DNA of 64,000 bases from an uncultured Actinomycetes bacterium (GTDB lineage Bacteria > Actinomycetota > UBA4738 > HRBIN12): positions 320,001 through 384,000 of the forward strand of contig CAVPIB010000001.1 of NCBI GenBank assembly GCA_963704885.1, read 5' to 3'. Shown in pieces: positions 30,261-38,832 of this stretch. The notes under the pieces were generated by a model that searched no databases, was not told the DNA's origin, and worked only from the letters and a program-made list of their open reading frames with translations. Made by a program: the position numbers and the translations under genes. Numbering within the stretch: the stretch's first letter is position 1; the number at the start of each line of letters is the position of its first letter.

Positions 30261-31172
30261 GTGAGCGGCGTCCGCGAAGAGCTGAAGGAGATGGCGCGAG
30301 GGTTCCGTTGGGGCCGGCGTCCGCTCATCCCTCGCTCGGCCGAGCCGTACGCGGTGGAGCCAGACGATGCCGGGGTTCCTACCGATTGGGCCCGCTCCGA
30401 GCTGGGAACAGCTGCGCGCCAGGCCATCCTGAAGGGCTTGATGCATCCCCTGCTCCGTAACGAGCTGTCGCTCCGGGTGCACGGTCTGGACAACCTGGAG
30501 GGCGTTGAGGCGCCGGTCATCTTCTTCTCGAACCATTCGAGCCACCTGGACGCCACGCTGATCTTGACCACGCTCCCCGATGCGTGGCAGTCCAAGACCG
30601 CCGTGGGCGCAGCGCGCGACTACTTCTTCGATGTGTGGTGGCGCCAGGCGTTCACGGCGCTCGTGTACGGCGCTTTCCCGATCGACCGTTCGCGCGGAGG
30701 GCGCGGTGCCGTGGATAAGGCGCGCGAGTTGATAGATGACGGCTGGAGCATCGTCGTGTTCCCGGAGGGAACCAGATCGCAGGACGGACACATGCAGCGA
30801 TTCCGGCACGGCGCATCTCGATTGTGCCTGGAACACGGCATCGGGGCGGTGCCGATCGCGATCCGCGGCGCTCATCAGGCCATGCCGAAGGGCCGGTTCT
30901 GGCCGATGGCCGGGCGTCCCACGGTGACCGTGCGTTACGGCCGAGCGCTGTTCCCCGAGGAAGGCGAGACGCATCAAGATCTCTCGCGTCGGATGACCCA
31001 AGCCGTGTCGCAGCTCTTCGACGAGGACAAGACCACGTGGTGGGAGTCGCTGCACCGGGCGGAGCGCGAAGAGACGCCCTCGCTCGCTGGACCCCTCGGT
31101 CCTGACTGGCGGAAGCGATGGGAGGGCTCCCGTCCGCTCGGCACCCGAGGCGATCCTCGGACCTGGGACTGA
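30261..31172 (+). CDS. Lysophospholipid/glycerolipid acyltransferase (PlsC family)
   Basis: NHSSHLD (HxxxxD), FPIDR and FPEGTRS motifs. Confidence 0.92.
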   Translation: MSGVREELKEMARGFRWGRRPLIPRSAEPYAVEPDDAGVPTDWARSELGTAARQAILKGLMHPLLRNELSLRVHGLDNLEGVEAPVIFFSNHSSHLDATLILTTLPDAWQSKTAVGAARDYFFDVWWRQAFTALVYGAFPIDRSRGGRGAVDKARELIDDGWSIVVFPEGTRSQDGHMQRFRHGASRLCLEHGIGAVPIAIRGAHQAMPKGRFWPMAGRPTVTVRYGRALFPEEGETHQDLSRRMTQAVSQLFDEDKTTWWESLHRAEREETPSLAGPLGPDWRKRWEGSRPLGTRGDPRTWD

Positions 31173-31177
31173 CCGAG

Positions 31178-31792
31178 GTGACACGCACCGGGGGTGAGAA
31201 GCGGAAGTCCACGCTGGTCGAGGAGGCGATCCGTCAGTTCGGCCGCGAGGGCTACAACGGCGCCAGCTTGGATCAGATCGCGACCGCGGTCGGGGTGCGC
31301 AAGCAGACACTCCTGTACTACTTCGCGACGAAAGAGATCCTGCTCGAGGCCTGTCTGACGGCGGCCGGCGAACGGCTGGCGCTGGAGATCTCGCAGGCGC
31401 TGGAGGGCAAGGAGACCTATTGGGATCGCGCCGAGGCTGTGATCCACGCGGTGTTCGCCCTGGCGGAGGAGTGGCCCGAGTTCCCCATGTTCGTCCGCGA
31501 GGCGGGGCGGCTGGGTCCAGAGGCGTTCGAGCGGTTCGCGGGGGTCATCGAGCCGCTCCGGCACCGTGCTATCGACTTCCTGCAGACCGGCATGGACAAC
31601 GGCGACATCCGCAAGCAGGACCCCGCCATGCTGCTCTTCACCCTCTATACAGGTGTGGTCGGCTCCCTCACCGAGGCGAGCGTGCTGAACGTCGTGGTCG
31701 GCGCGGACAAAGGGAGAGCTTCGTTGAAGCGCCGTGAGCGAGAAGTGATCGCGTTCGTGCGAGCTGCGCTGATGCCCGTGGCAGAGAGCTAG
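31178..31792 (+). CDS. TetR/AcrR family transcriptional regulator
   Basis: FGREGYNGASLDQIATAVGVRKQTLLYYFATKE HTH. Confidence 0.92.
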   Translation: MTRTGGEKRKSTLVEEAIRQFGREGYNGASLDQIATAVGVRKQTLLYYFATKEILLEACLTAAGERLALEISQALEGKETYWDRAEAVIHAVFALAEEWPEFPMFVREAGRLGPEAFERFAGVIEPLRHRAIDFLQTGMDNGDIRKQDPAMLLFTLYTGVVGSLTEASVLNVVVGADKGRASLKRREREVIAFVRAALMPVAES

Positions 31793-32397
31793 CGGGCCGA
31801 GTAGAACTCTACGATCAGGCGCTCCTCGACGGGAGCCGGGAGCGGGACCTCGTCGCGTTCCGGGACCCGCGACAGCGTGCCGGAGACCTCGTCCTTGTTG
31901 CGATAGAGGTAGCCGGGCGGGTCGACCGTGATCTCGAGCGCTTCACGCACGGAGACGAAGTTACGAGCCTTGGCCGACAGCTCGATCGTCTGACCAGGCT
32001 TCACGCGCGCGCTCGGGACGTTGATGCGCCTGCCGTCCACGCTCACGTGTCCGTGCGAGACGAGCTGACGGGCCTGGCGCGTGGTCAATGAGAACCCCAA
32101 GCGGAGGACGACCGCATCCAGACGGGTCTCCAACGCGCGGATCAGCTCCTCGCCCGTCACGCCCTTGCTGTTCGAGGCCTTGTCGTAGTAGCGACGCATC
32201 TGCGCCTCGGACACGCCGTAGATGGCACGGAGCTTCTGCTTCTCCAGCAGCCGCGTCTGGAACTCCGAGATGCGCTTGCGACCCCGGCCATGCTGACCCG
32301 GCGGATAGGGTCGCTTATTGGCCGCGCAGTTGGGGCGTCCACACAGGGACGCTCCGACGCGGCGACACATCTGGTGCTTGGGTCCGATCTTGTCCAT
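31789..32397 (-). CDS. rpsD: 30S ribosomal protein S4
   Basis: RPYPPGQHG, LLEKQKLRAIYG, LETRLDAVVLRLG, QARQLVSHGH and IVEFYS. Confidence 0.96.
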   Translation of the reverse strand: MDKIGPKHQMCRRVGASLCGRPNCAANKRPYPPGQHGRGRKRISEFQTRLLEKQKLRAIYGVSEAQMRRYYDKASNSKGVTGEELIRALETRLDAVVLRLGFSLTTRQARQLVSHGHVSVDGRRINVPSARVKPGQTIELSAKARNFVSVREALEITVDPPGYLYRNKDEVSGTLSRVPERDEVPLPAPVEERLIVEFYSAR

Positions 32398-32474
32398 AGC
32401 GGCCGCTCAGCGTACCAAAGGTCTTCGGTTCACGACCTGCGACGATGCAGGTCGGCGTGCGACGATGCTGCGCC

Positions 32475-33386
32475 ATGGACCTCGCCGATCGGGTCGTAGG
32501 AAGCGTTCTGGGCCTAGCGCTCGGCGACGCGCTCGGGGCTCCTTTCCAAGGTCGCCGAGCTCATCTGGTGCCCGATCCCCTGCCGGCGTTCGAGTTCCCG
32601 TGGATGGGGTCGCCGCCGGGCACGACCGCAGCAGCCACCGCGATGGCACGGAACCTGATCCGGTCGCTGGTCGATGGTGACGGTTTCGATGCGGCCGACC
32701 TGACGGGTCGCCATCTGAGATGGCTGGCCACGGACCCGCCTGGCATCGACAAGCTCACACGGATCGTCCTCACCGGCATCCGAGATGGCGACCTTAACGC
32801 GGCTCGATCGTACGTGGAACGGCGCGGTCCGGAAGTGAGTGCGGGCAACGGCTCGGTGATGTACTGTGCGCCGCTCGGCGTCGCCTACGCGCGGCACCCT
32901 GAGGCGCTCACCAGCTGTGCTCCGGCGTTCTCGGCCATCACGCACCGGGATGAGCGGTGTCGGACGGCCTGCCTCGCGGTGATGCTTGCGGTCGCTGCGA
33001 TCATCCGTGGGGAGCCGTCGGATCTCGCGGTGGTGGGTGCGTTGGAGGCGGTAGGCGATCGAGAGGGCGCGGAGGAACTTGAGTACCTGGTGGACCAGGC
33101 CGGCCGAGCACGTGCCATCGACGGTCCGGACAAGGGGTTCGCTCTGTTCACCGCCGGTATCGCCCTGCAGGTCTCGGCCGAAGGCTTCGGGTTCGAGCAG
33201 GGACTCCGCCAGGTGGTCGGCTTGGGCGGCGACACCGCCGCGAACGGTGCCGTTGCCGGTGCCCTGCTGGGTGCTCTCAACGGCGTCGAGAGCCTGTCTC
33301 CCCCCTGGCTCGAGCGGTTGGTGGATCGCGGAGCCATCGAGGACGAAGCTCGCCGGCTTGCTGAGTTGTCCGCTCGGATCACCTGA
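32475..33386 (+). CDS. ADP-ribosylglycohydrolase family protein with degenerate metal-binding motifs
   Basis: GLALGDALG, SAGNGSVM, ITH and LGGDT..NGAVAGALLGA; TDD replaced by TAA and DTD by DTA. Confidence 0.85.
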   Translation: MDLADRVVGSVLGLALGDALGAPFQGRRAHLVPDPLPAFEFPWMGSPPGTTAAATAMARNLIRSLVDGDGFDAADLTGRHLRWLATDPPGIDKLTRIVLTGIRDGDLNAARSYVERRGPEVSAGNGSVMYCAPLGVAYARHPEALTSCAPAFSAITHRDERCRTACLAVMLAVAAIIRGEPSDLAVVGALEAVGDREGAEELEYLVDQAGRARAIDGPDKGFALFTAGIALQVSAEGFGFEQGLRQVVGLGGDTAANGAVAGALLGALNGVESLSPPWLERLVDRGAIEDEARRLAELSARIT

Positions 33387-33477
33387 GCGAGTCCAGTGGA
33401 CCTCCGCGACGTAACCTGAAGGCCGAGGAAGTGACCGGACGACGGGGATGAGCATCAGACGGGATGGAGGCCACGGC

Positions 33478-33705
33478 ATGGGCGACGTCACTCCCATGCA
33501 GCCCAACGAGATCTTCGATCTCATCGTCAAGGCCGACGAGAAGCTCAAGTACGCCACCGCAGAGCGGGGTGACGCGCGCGCCGCGCAGGCTCGGGCGCTA
33601 CTGGAGCGGGCACGCGACGCGGCGCGCGAGATAGGAAACGATGCCTTGATAGGTCAAGCGGAGACTCGCCTCGCAGATCTGGATGCGACGAACGGAGACG
33701 CTTAG
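33478..33705 (+). CDS. Small helical hypothetical protein
   Basis: GGAGG RBS before ATG 33478; 75-aa amphipathic ORF with host-like codon usage. Confidence 0.6.
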   Translation: MGDVTPMQPNEIFDLIVKADEKLKYATAERGDARAAQARALLERARDAAREIGNDALIGQAETRLADLDATNGDA

Positions 33706-33709
33706 ACCG

Positions 33710-34765
33710 TCAGCCGATCCGGCCGCCGCCCACGAAGTACTGCCAGTAGACCGGCTGGATCCGAACCTCGCCGCCGGGTCCGGGATGGCTGGCGTCGATC
33801 ATCATCCCGCCTCCGAGGTAGAGGGAGACGTGGCTAACGGGTGTGTAGAAGAAGATCAGGTCTCCCGCAACCAACTCGCTCTGTGAGAGGTGGGGCAGCA
33901 TGTCGTACATCATGGCCGAGGAGTGCGGGAGATAGACGCCGGCCTGTGCGTATGCCCACGACACCAAACCCGAGCAGTCGAATCCCACGTTCGGATCTGC
34001 GGATCCCCACACGTACTGCGTCCCTATGACCGACTCGGCGGCCGCGATCGCGATCTGGGCGGCTGACGCGTCCTGCGGTGGGACGAACCCACCCCAATCG
34101 CCTCCGCCGGTCGAGCCTCCGGACACCTCGGCGTTCGCCGTCGCCTCGGCTGCAGCGCGAGCAGCCACGGCGTCCTCGTAGCTCTGGCCCAGCTCCTCGT
34201 ATAGCGCCTGCTGATCCGCGATCGCCGAGGAGACGTCGTTCTTACGGGTGGTGAGCTCGTCCACGAGGGCCTGCCGCTCGCCGACCGCCTCCGCGTACTT
34301 CCCGGCGGCCCACTTCGCTTGCTGGCCCGCGGTCTCGGCCAGGATGGCGAGGTCTGTGTCGCTCTGCGCGACCGCCCCCATGAACTGCAGCCGATCGGAG
34401 AATTCACTGAGGCTCTCGGCGCCCAGCAGGACGTCCACCTGCGACCCCATGCCGGTGTACGCAGCGACGGCTCGATCGTTCAGGTCCGACATCGCTCGCG
34501 CCGCCAGTGATTCGGCCCGACGCTTGGCGTGCCGCGCATCCGCCAACTTGGACTCGCTCTGCTCCAGTCGCACCTGCGCCTGGTTGTACAACTCGATCAG
34601 CTGGTCCAGCTGCTGGTGTAGCGCCTCGAGTTTGGCCTTCGCGGCCTCGACCTCTTGTTTGGAGGGGGCTGCCGAGGAGGATGTCGAGACCGACAGGACG
34701 ACCGTGGGAACAACGAAGAGAGCGGCCACTATCAGCCGCAGGACGGACCTGCGCTTCCCTCTCAT
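33710..34765 (-). CDS. Secreted NlpC/P60 (C40) peptidoglycan endopeptidase with coiled-coil N-terminus
   Basis: Signal peptide, coiled coil, YVWG...FDCSGL, GDLIFF and HVSLY. Confidence 0.93.
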   Translation of the reverse strand: MRGKRRSVLRLIVAALFVVPTVVLSVSTSSSAAPSKQEVEAAKAKLEALHQQLDQLIELYNQAQVRLEQSESKLADARHAKRRAESLAARAMSDLNDRAVAAYTGMGSQVDVLLGAESLSEFSDRLQFMGAVAQSDTDLAILAETAGQQAKWAAGKYAEAVGERQALVDELTTRKNDVSSAIADQQALYEELGQSYEDAVAARAAAEATANAEVSGGSTGGGDWGGFVPPQDASAAQIAIAAAESVIGTQYVWGSADPNVGFDCSGLVSWAYAQAGVYLPHSSAMMYDMLPHLSQSELVAGDLIFFYTPVSHVSLYLGGGMMIDASHPGPGGEVRIQPVYWQYFVGGGRIG

Positions 34766-34831
34766 CTGCCCCCAGGTGCCGACGGGTATCGGATATACGA
34801 AAGGCCCCGTAACCGGAGCCGTCCGCGTCCG

Positions 34832-34860
34832 AGGCTAGCGGGGCGGGAGGGCTTCGTCAA
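34832..34860 (-). promoter_or_regulatory. Sigma70-type promoter of the NlpC/P60 gene (TTGACG-17-TAGCCT)
   Basis: cgtcaa at 34855-34860 and aggcta at 34832-34837, 17-nt spacer. Confidence 0.6.
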
Positions 34861-34899
34861 ACGGGTGGGGACGGACCGTGGTCCGCCCCCCAGCCCGTT
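34859..34899 (-). terminator. Hairpin downstream of tRNA-Pro
   Basis: AACGGG-TGGGG-ACGGACC...GGTCCG-CCCCCA-G-CCCGTT imperfect inverted repeat. Confidence 0.5.
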
Positions 34900-34905
34900 C
34901 TGCTC

Positions 34906-34982
34906 TGGTCGGGACGGCGGGATTTGAACCCGCGACCTCAGCGTCCCGAACGCTGCGCGCTACCAAGCTGCGCTACGTCCCG
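34906..34982 (-). tRNA. tRNA-Pro(CGG)
   Basis: CGGGACGTAGCGCAGCTTGGTAGCGCG-CAGCG-TTCGGGA-CGCTG...GGTTCAAATCC...CCCGACCA; TAGACT -10 at 34994-34999. Confidence 0.96.
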
Positions 34983-34996
34983 AGCGGTGAGCCAGT

Positions 34997-35887
34997 CTAG
35001 CGGCTCGCCACCGCCGCGCTCGAGGCGGGACGCGGAGCGAGCTCCAACAACGTCGCCTCGGGGCGACAGAAGAACCGGAACGGCGCGAACTTGCTGGTTC
35101 CAAGACCGGGAGACAAGGAGAGCACCGCGGGGCCCATCTGGATCAGCCCGCTCGCCAACCGGGAGGGGAGCGAGCAGTTCGTGACCAGCGCACCCACGCC
35201 CGGAAGGCATACCTGACCTCCGTGGGTGTGACCTGCGACGATCAGGTCGTAGCCCAGGGCGGCCGCCTCCGGCGCGGAGTCGGGAGAGTGCATCACCGCG
35301 AAGCCGAAACGGCCAGACTGCCGACGCGGCGCCACCCGGAGGTCGTGGCGAGCGATGTGGGCGTCATCCAGACCGAGGAGCTCTACCGGCAACCCGCCTA
35401 GCTCGACCGGTTGCCGGATGTTCGTCAGGTCCTCCCATCCGTCTGCTGCGAGCTGCGCGATCAGCTCCGGGACACGACCGGCTGACGCCCGGCGTGGGGT
35501 CCGAGACCTCCGGAAGTACGCGAGATAGTTGAGCGGCCGGGGGGCGAAGTAGTCGTTCGAGCCGAGAACGAACCACGAGGCCAGTCGCCCACGAACGGCC
35601 CGGACGGAGGCAACCGTGGTCTCTACCGCCTGGGGTTCGGCCAGGAAGTCCCCCGTGACCACGGTGACATCCGCGGGAGGAAGCGTCGCTAGGAACGCCG
35701 CCTTCCGACCGTCGCGACGCACGAAATGCAGGTCGGACAGATGCAGGACGGAAAGTGGGTCCGATCCCACCGGTAGGATGTCCAGGCGATACCGCCTCAG
35801 TCGGTACCAGCGGCGTTCGACCACGATCCCCCACACGACGCAGCAGGCGCCGAACGCCAGGGACGCGAGCACTATCCGGGGGAACAT
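34997..35887 (-). CDS. Metallophosphoesterase (YkuE/Rv3683-like)
   Basis: HLSDLH, TGDFL, LGSND, HSPD and AGHTHGGQ. Confidence 0.9.
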   Translation of the reverse strand: MFPRIVLASLAFGACCVVWGIVVERRWYRLRRYRLDILPVGSDPLSVLHLSDLHFVRRDGRKAAFLATLPPADVTVVTGDFLAEPQAVETTVASVRAVRGRLASWFVLGSNDYFAPRPLNYLAYFRRSRTPRRASAGRVPELIAQLAADGWEDLTNIRQPVELGGLPVELLGLDDAHIARHDLRVAPRRQSGRFGFAVMHSPDSAPEAAALGYDLIVAGHTHGGQVCLPGVGALVTNCSLPSRLASGLIQMGPAVLSLSPGLGTSKFAPFRFFCRPEATLLELAPRPASSAAVASR

Positions 35888-35900
35888 CGGAGGCAGTCTA

Positions 35901-36359
35901 GTGAGCGACTCGAACCTGAAGTCCGAGATCCAGGGGCAGACTCAGCGGGCACTGAAGGACGGCGACAAGCTCCGTGTCGGTGCCCTGCGCCTCTTGAGCG
36001 CTGCCATCAAGAACAAAGAGGTCGAGCTGCGTCGCGACTTGTCCGACGATGAGGTGCGCGACGTCGCAGGCAAAGAAGTGAAGAAGCGGTCCGAGTCGAT
36101 CGAGGCTTTCGACGCCGCAGGCCGGACCGAGCTGGCCGATAAGGAGCGTGCGGAGCGTGAACTGCTTTCGGTCTACGCGCCGGCGCAGCTCTCCGCGGAT
36201 GCGGTCGACGCGCTCGTCGACGAGGCCTTGACCGTCACTGGCGCCACGTCCGCTAAGGAGATGGGCAAGGTGATGGGGTTCGTGATGGGTAAGGCGAAAG
36301 GTCAGGTCGACGGGGGTGTCGTGCAAGAGAAGGTGCGGGCCAAGCTGGGCGAGGACTAA
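35901..36359 (+). CDS. GatB/YqeY domain protein
   Basis: ALKDGDKLRVGALRLL, KEVKKRSESIEAF and KEMGKVMG. Confidence 0.92.
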   Translation: MSDSNLKSEIQGQTQRALKDGDKLRVGALRLLSAAIKNKEVELRRDLSDDEVRDVAGKEVKKRSESIEAFDAAGRTELADKERAERELLSVYAPAQLSADAVDALVDEALTVTGATSAKEMGKVMGFVMGKAKGQVDGGVVQEKVRAKLGED

Positions 36360-38794
36360 GGCTCCGGGCTCGGAGTGGGACTTGGATCGGGACTCGGGCT
36401 GGGCGACGGGTCCTCGCTCGAACCCACCGTGATCGTGACCACCGTTCCTTGAAGCGCCTTCTTCCCTGCCTGAGGATCCTGCTCCATCACCACGCCATCG
36501 TTGTTCGGGTCGTTCACATGGCGCTTCACGATCTTCACGTCGAAGCCCGCCGCTTCGAGGGACGCGCGCGCGTCGTCGACCGACATGCCAACCACGTCGG
36601 GGATCTTCACCTTGGCCGGCACGCCGCTGCTCACCTGGATCGTGACGAGGGCTCCCAGCTGCAACGTGGCGCCCCCCGCCGGGGTCTGCGCGACCACTGT
36701 GCCCTTCGGCAGCGCGGAGTCGACGGTCTCGGTCTTCGGGGTGAAGTTCGCGTTGGCCAGCAGGTTCTGCGCGCGTTCGGACTTGAGGCCCACCACATCG
36801 GGCACGGTGCCCACCGCGGGGGCCGGCGGTGACGGGAAGCCCAAGGCTGGCATGCCCGCCATGATCCGAGCCATGTAGTCACGCCAGATCGGGGCGGCCA
36901 GCGTTCCGCCGAACACAGATCGTCCGAAGTACAGTGCCAGCGAATCAGGGGTGCCCGGGAACCCAACCCACACAGCCGTCGACACCTGCCGGGTGTACCC
37001 AACGAACCAGGCGTTCGAGTAGTCCTGCGTGGTGCCGGTCTTGCCGGCGACAGACCAAGGCGAGAGCGCTGCAGCGGTCCCCGTTCCGTGTGAAACCACG
37101 CCCTGCAACATCGCGGTGACCAAGTGCGCGATCTCCGGAGCCACCACCTGCTTGCAGGAGCGCTTGTGCCGGTATAGGAGGCCCTCGTCGTCCACGACCT
37201 TCGCCACAGTGAAGGCCTCGCAATGCTTCCCATCGTTGGCGAGCGTCTGGTACGCCGCGGCCATCTCGATCGGCGTGACGTCTACGGTGCCGAGCGTGAG
37301 AGAGGGCACCGCCGCTAGCTCCGTTTGGATCCCCATGTCGTGCGCGGCCTTCACCACGTTCTCGGGGCCGGCCTCGAGGATCAGCTGAGCGAAGACCACG
37401 TTGATCGAGTCGGCCGTGGCCTCCCAGAGGTTGCGGTATCCGCCGTCGCCGGCGCCCTCGGCGTTGGAGACGCACGAGCAGTCGTTGCCACGCCACTCCG
37501 GCAGGTACAGCGGCGACTTGGTAGAGAACACCGCGCCGGGCGGGATGTCCTCGCGGAACGCAGCCACCAGCGTGAACGGCTTGAACGCGGAGCCCGGTTG
37601 TCGCCGGGCATCGGCCAGGTTCAGCTGGTCTGTGGTGAAGTCGCGACCGGACAGCATGGTGCGGATCGCTCCGGTCTGGTTCTCCACCGACACGATGGCG
37701 GTATCGGGTGTCTGCGAGTAGTCGGGGTGCGCCGGCGGCACGCTGTAGGGCTGGCGCGCCACGCTCCGGGCGGCGGCCTGCCAATCGGCATCGAGCGTGG
37801 TCGTGATCTGAAGGCCGCCTTCGTACAGGCGCCTGCGTCGTTGCTTCTGGGTGGCGCCGAACGCGTCGAACTCACCGTCCTCGTTCGCCACGATCTGCTG
37901 GGTGATATACGACACGAAGAACGGTGGTCGTTTGAGCCTGAGCTTCCCGATATCTGGCGCGAGGCCGAGAGGCGATCTCTTCGCGCGATCGATCCGCTCC
38001 TGCGTGTACCACCCCAGGCCCGCGAGCCGATCGAGCACCACGTTCCGGCGCTTCCGCGCCTTCACGGGGCGGGCGACCGGGTCGTAGTAGGAGGGCGCCC
38101 GGATCAGCCCCGCGAGCATGGCGCTCTGCGGCACCTTGAGACGGGACGCCGGCACGTGGAAGTAGAAGTCCGCGGCTGTGCCGATCCCGTAGACGCCGTT
38201 GCCGAAGTAGATGTCGTTCAAGTAGAGCGCCAGGATCTGGTTCTTCGAGTAGCGCTGCTCGACGCGGATGGCCAGCGCCAGTTCCTGGAACTTGCGTTCG
38301 AACGTAACGGAGGTGTCGCCGGTCACGGCGTTCTTGACCAGCTGCTGAGTGATGGTCGAACCCCCCTGAACCACATCCCCGGTGGCCGCGTTCGTCAGGA
38401 GCGCTCGGATCATGGAGGTCCAGTCGAGTGGACCATGGTTGTAGAACTCGGCGTCTTCTACCGCCAGGACGGAGCGCTGCGCGGCATCGCTCACCTCAGC
38501 CAGCTCGACGATCTCTCGGTTGTCGAGGTAGAGGGTCGCCAGCACGGTCTCGCCGTCGGAAGCGTAGATCGTGGAGCGTTCGGGGAAATCGGGGATATGG
38601 GTGAACCCCGACCCCAGCTTGGTCAGGCGAGCGTCGATCGTGTGGGCACCGAACGCTAGGCCCGCGATCGGCGGAACGATCAGCACGGCCACGACAACGG
38701 CAGCAACGCCGATCACGGGGATCAGCAGGAGCACGGCCAGCGGATCGAAGCGCCGATCCGCGGCGTGATGACCGGGTTGCGCGGTTCGGGCCAT
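36356..38794 (-). CDS. ponA: Class A penicillin-binding protein with two PASTA domains (PonA2-like)
   Basis: EDAEFYNH and QGGSTITQQLVKN (transglycosylase); GSAFK, SIN and KTGT (transpeptidase); two PDVVG PASTA repeats; Pro/Ser tail. Confidence 0.93.
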   Translation of the reverse strand: MARTAQPGHHAADRRFDPLAVLLLIPVIGVAAVVVAVLIVPPIAGLAFGAHTIDARLTKLGSGFTHIPDFPERSTIYASDGETVLATLYLDNREIVELAEVSDAAQRSVLAVEDAEFYNHGPLDWTSMIRALLTNAATGDVVQGGSTITQQLVKNAVTGDTSVTFERKFQELALAIRVEQRYSKNQILALYLNDIYFGNGVYGIGTAADFYFHVPASRLKVPQSAMLAGLIRAPSYYDPVARPVKARKRRNVVLDRLAGLGWYTQERIDRAKRSPLGLAPDIGKLRLKRPPFFVSYITQQIVANEDGEFDAFGATQKQRRRRLYEGGLQITTTLDADWQAAARSVARQPYSVPPAHPDYSQTPDTAIVSVENQTGAIRTMLSGRDFTTDQLNLADARRQPGSAFKPFTLVAAFREDIPPGAVFSTKSPLYLPEWRGNDCSCVSNAEGAGDGGYRNLWEATADSINVVFAQLILEAGPENVVKAAHDMGIQTELAAVPSLTLGTVDVTPIEMAAAYQTLANDGKHCEAFTVAKVVDDEGLLYRHKRSCKQVVAPEIAHLVTAMLQGVVSHGTGTAAALSPWSVAGKTGTTQDYSNAWFVGYTRQVSTAVWVGFPGTPDSLALYFGRSVFGGTLAAPIWRDYMARIMAGMPALGFPSPPAPAVGTVPDVVGLKSERAQNLLANANFTPKTETVDSALPKGTVVAQTPAGGATLQLGALVTIQVSSGVPAKVKIPDVVGMSVDDARASLEAAGFDVKIVKRHVNDPNNDGVVMEQDPQAGKKALQGTVVTITVGSSEDPSPSPSPDPSPTPSPEP

Positions 38795-38832
38795 GGGAGA
38801 TGCACAGGATACCCCCGGTACCATGGGGGCCG

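Noticed and set aside
34766-34860. c-di-AMP (ydaO) riboswitch upstream of NlpC/P60
   Set aside because: Leader is too short and lacks recognisable conserved ydaO sequence blocks
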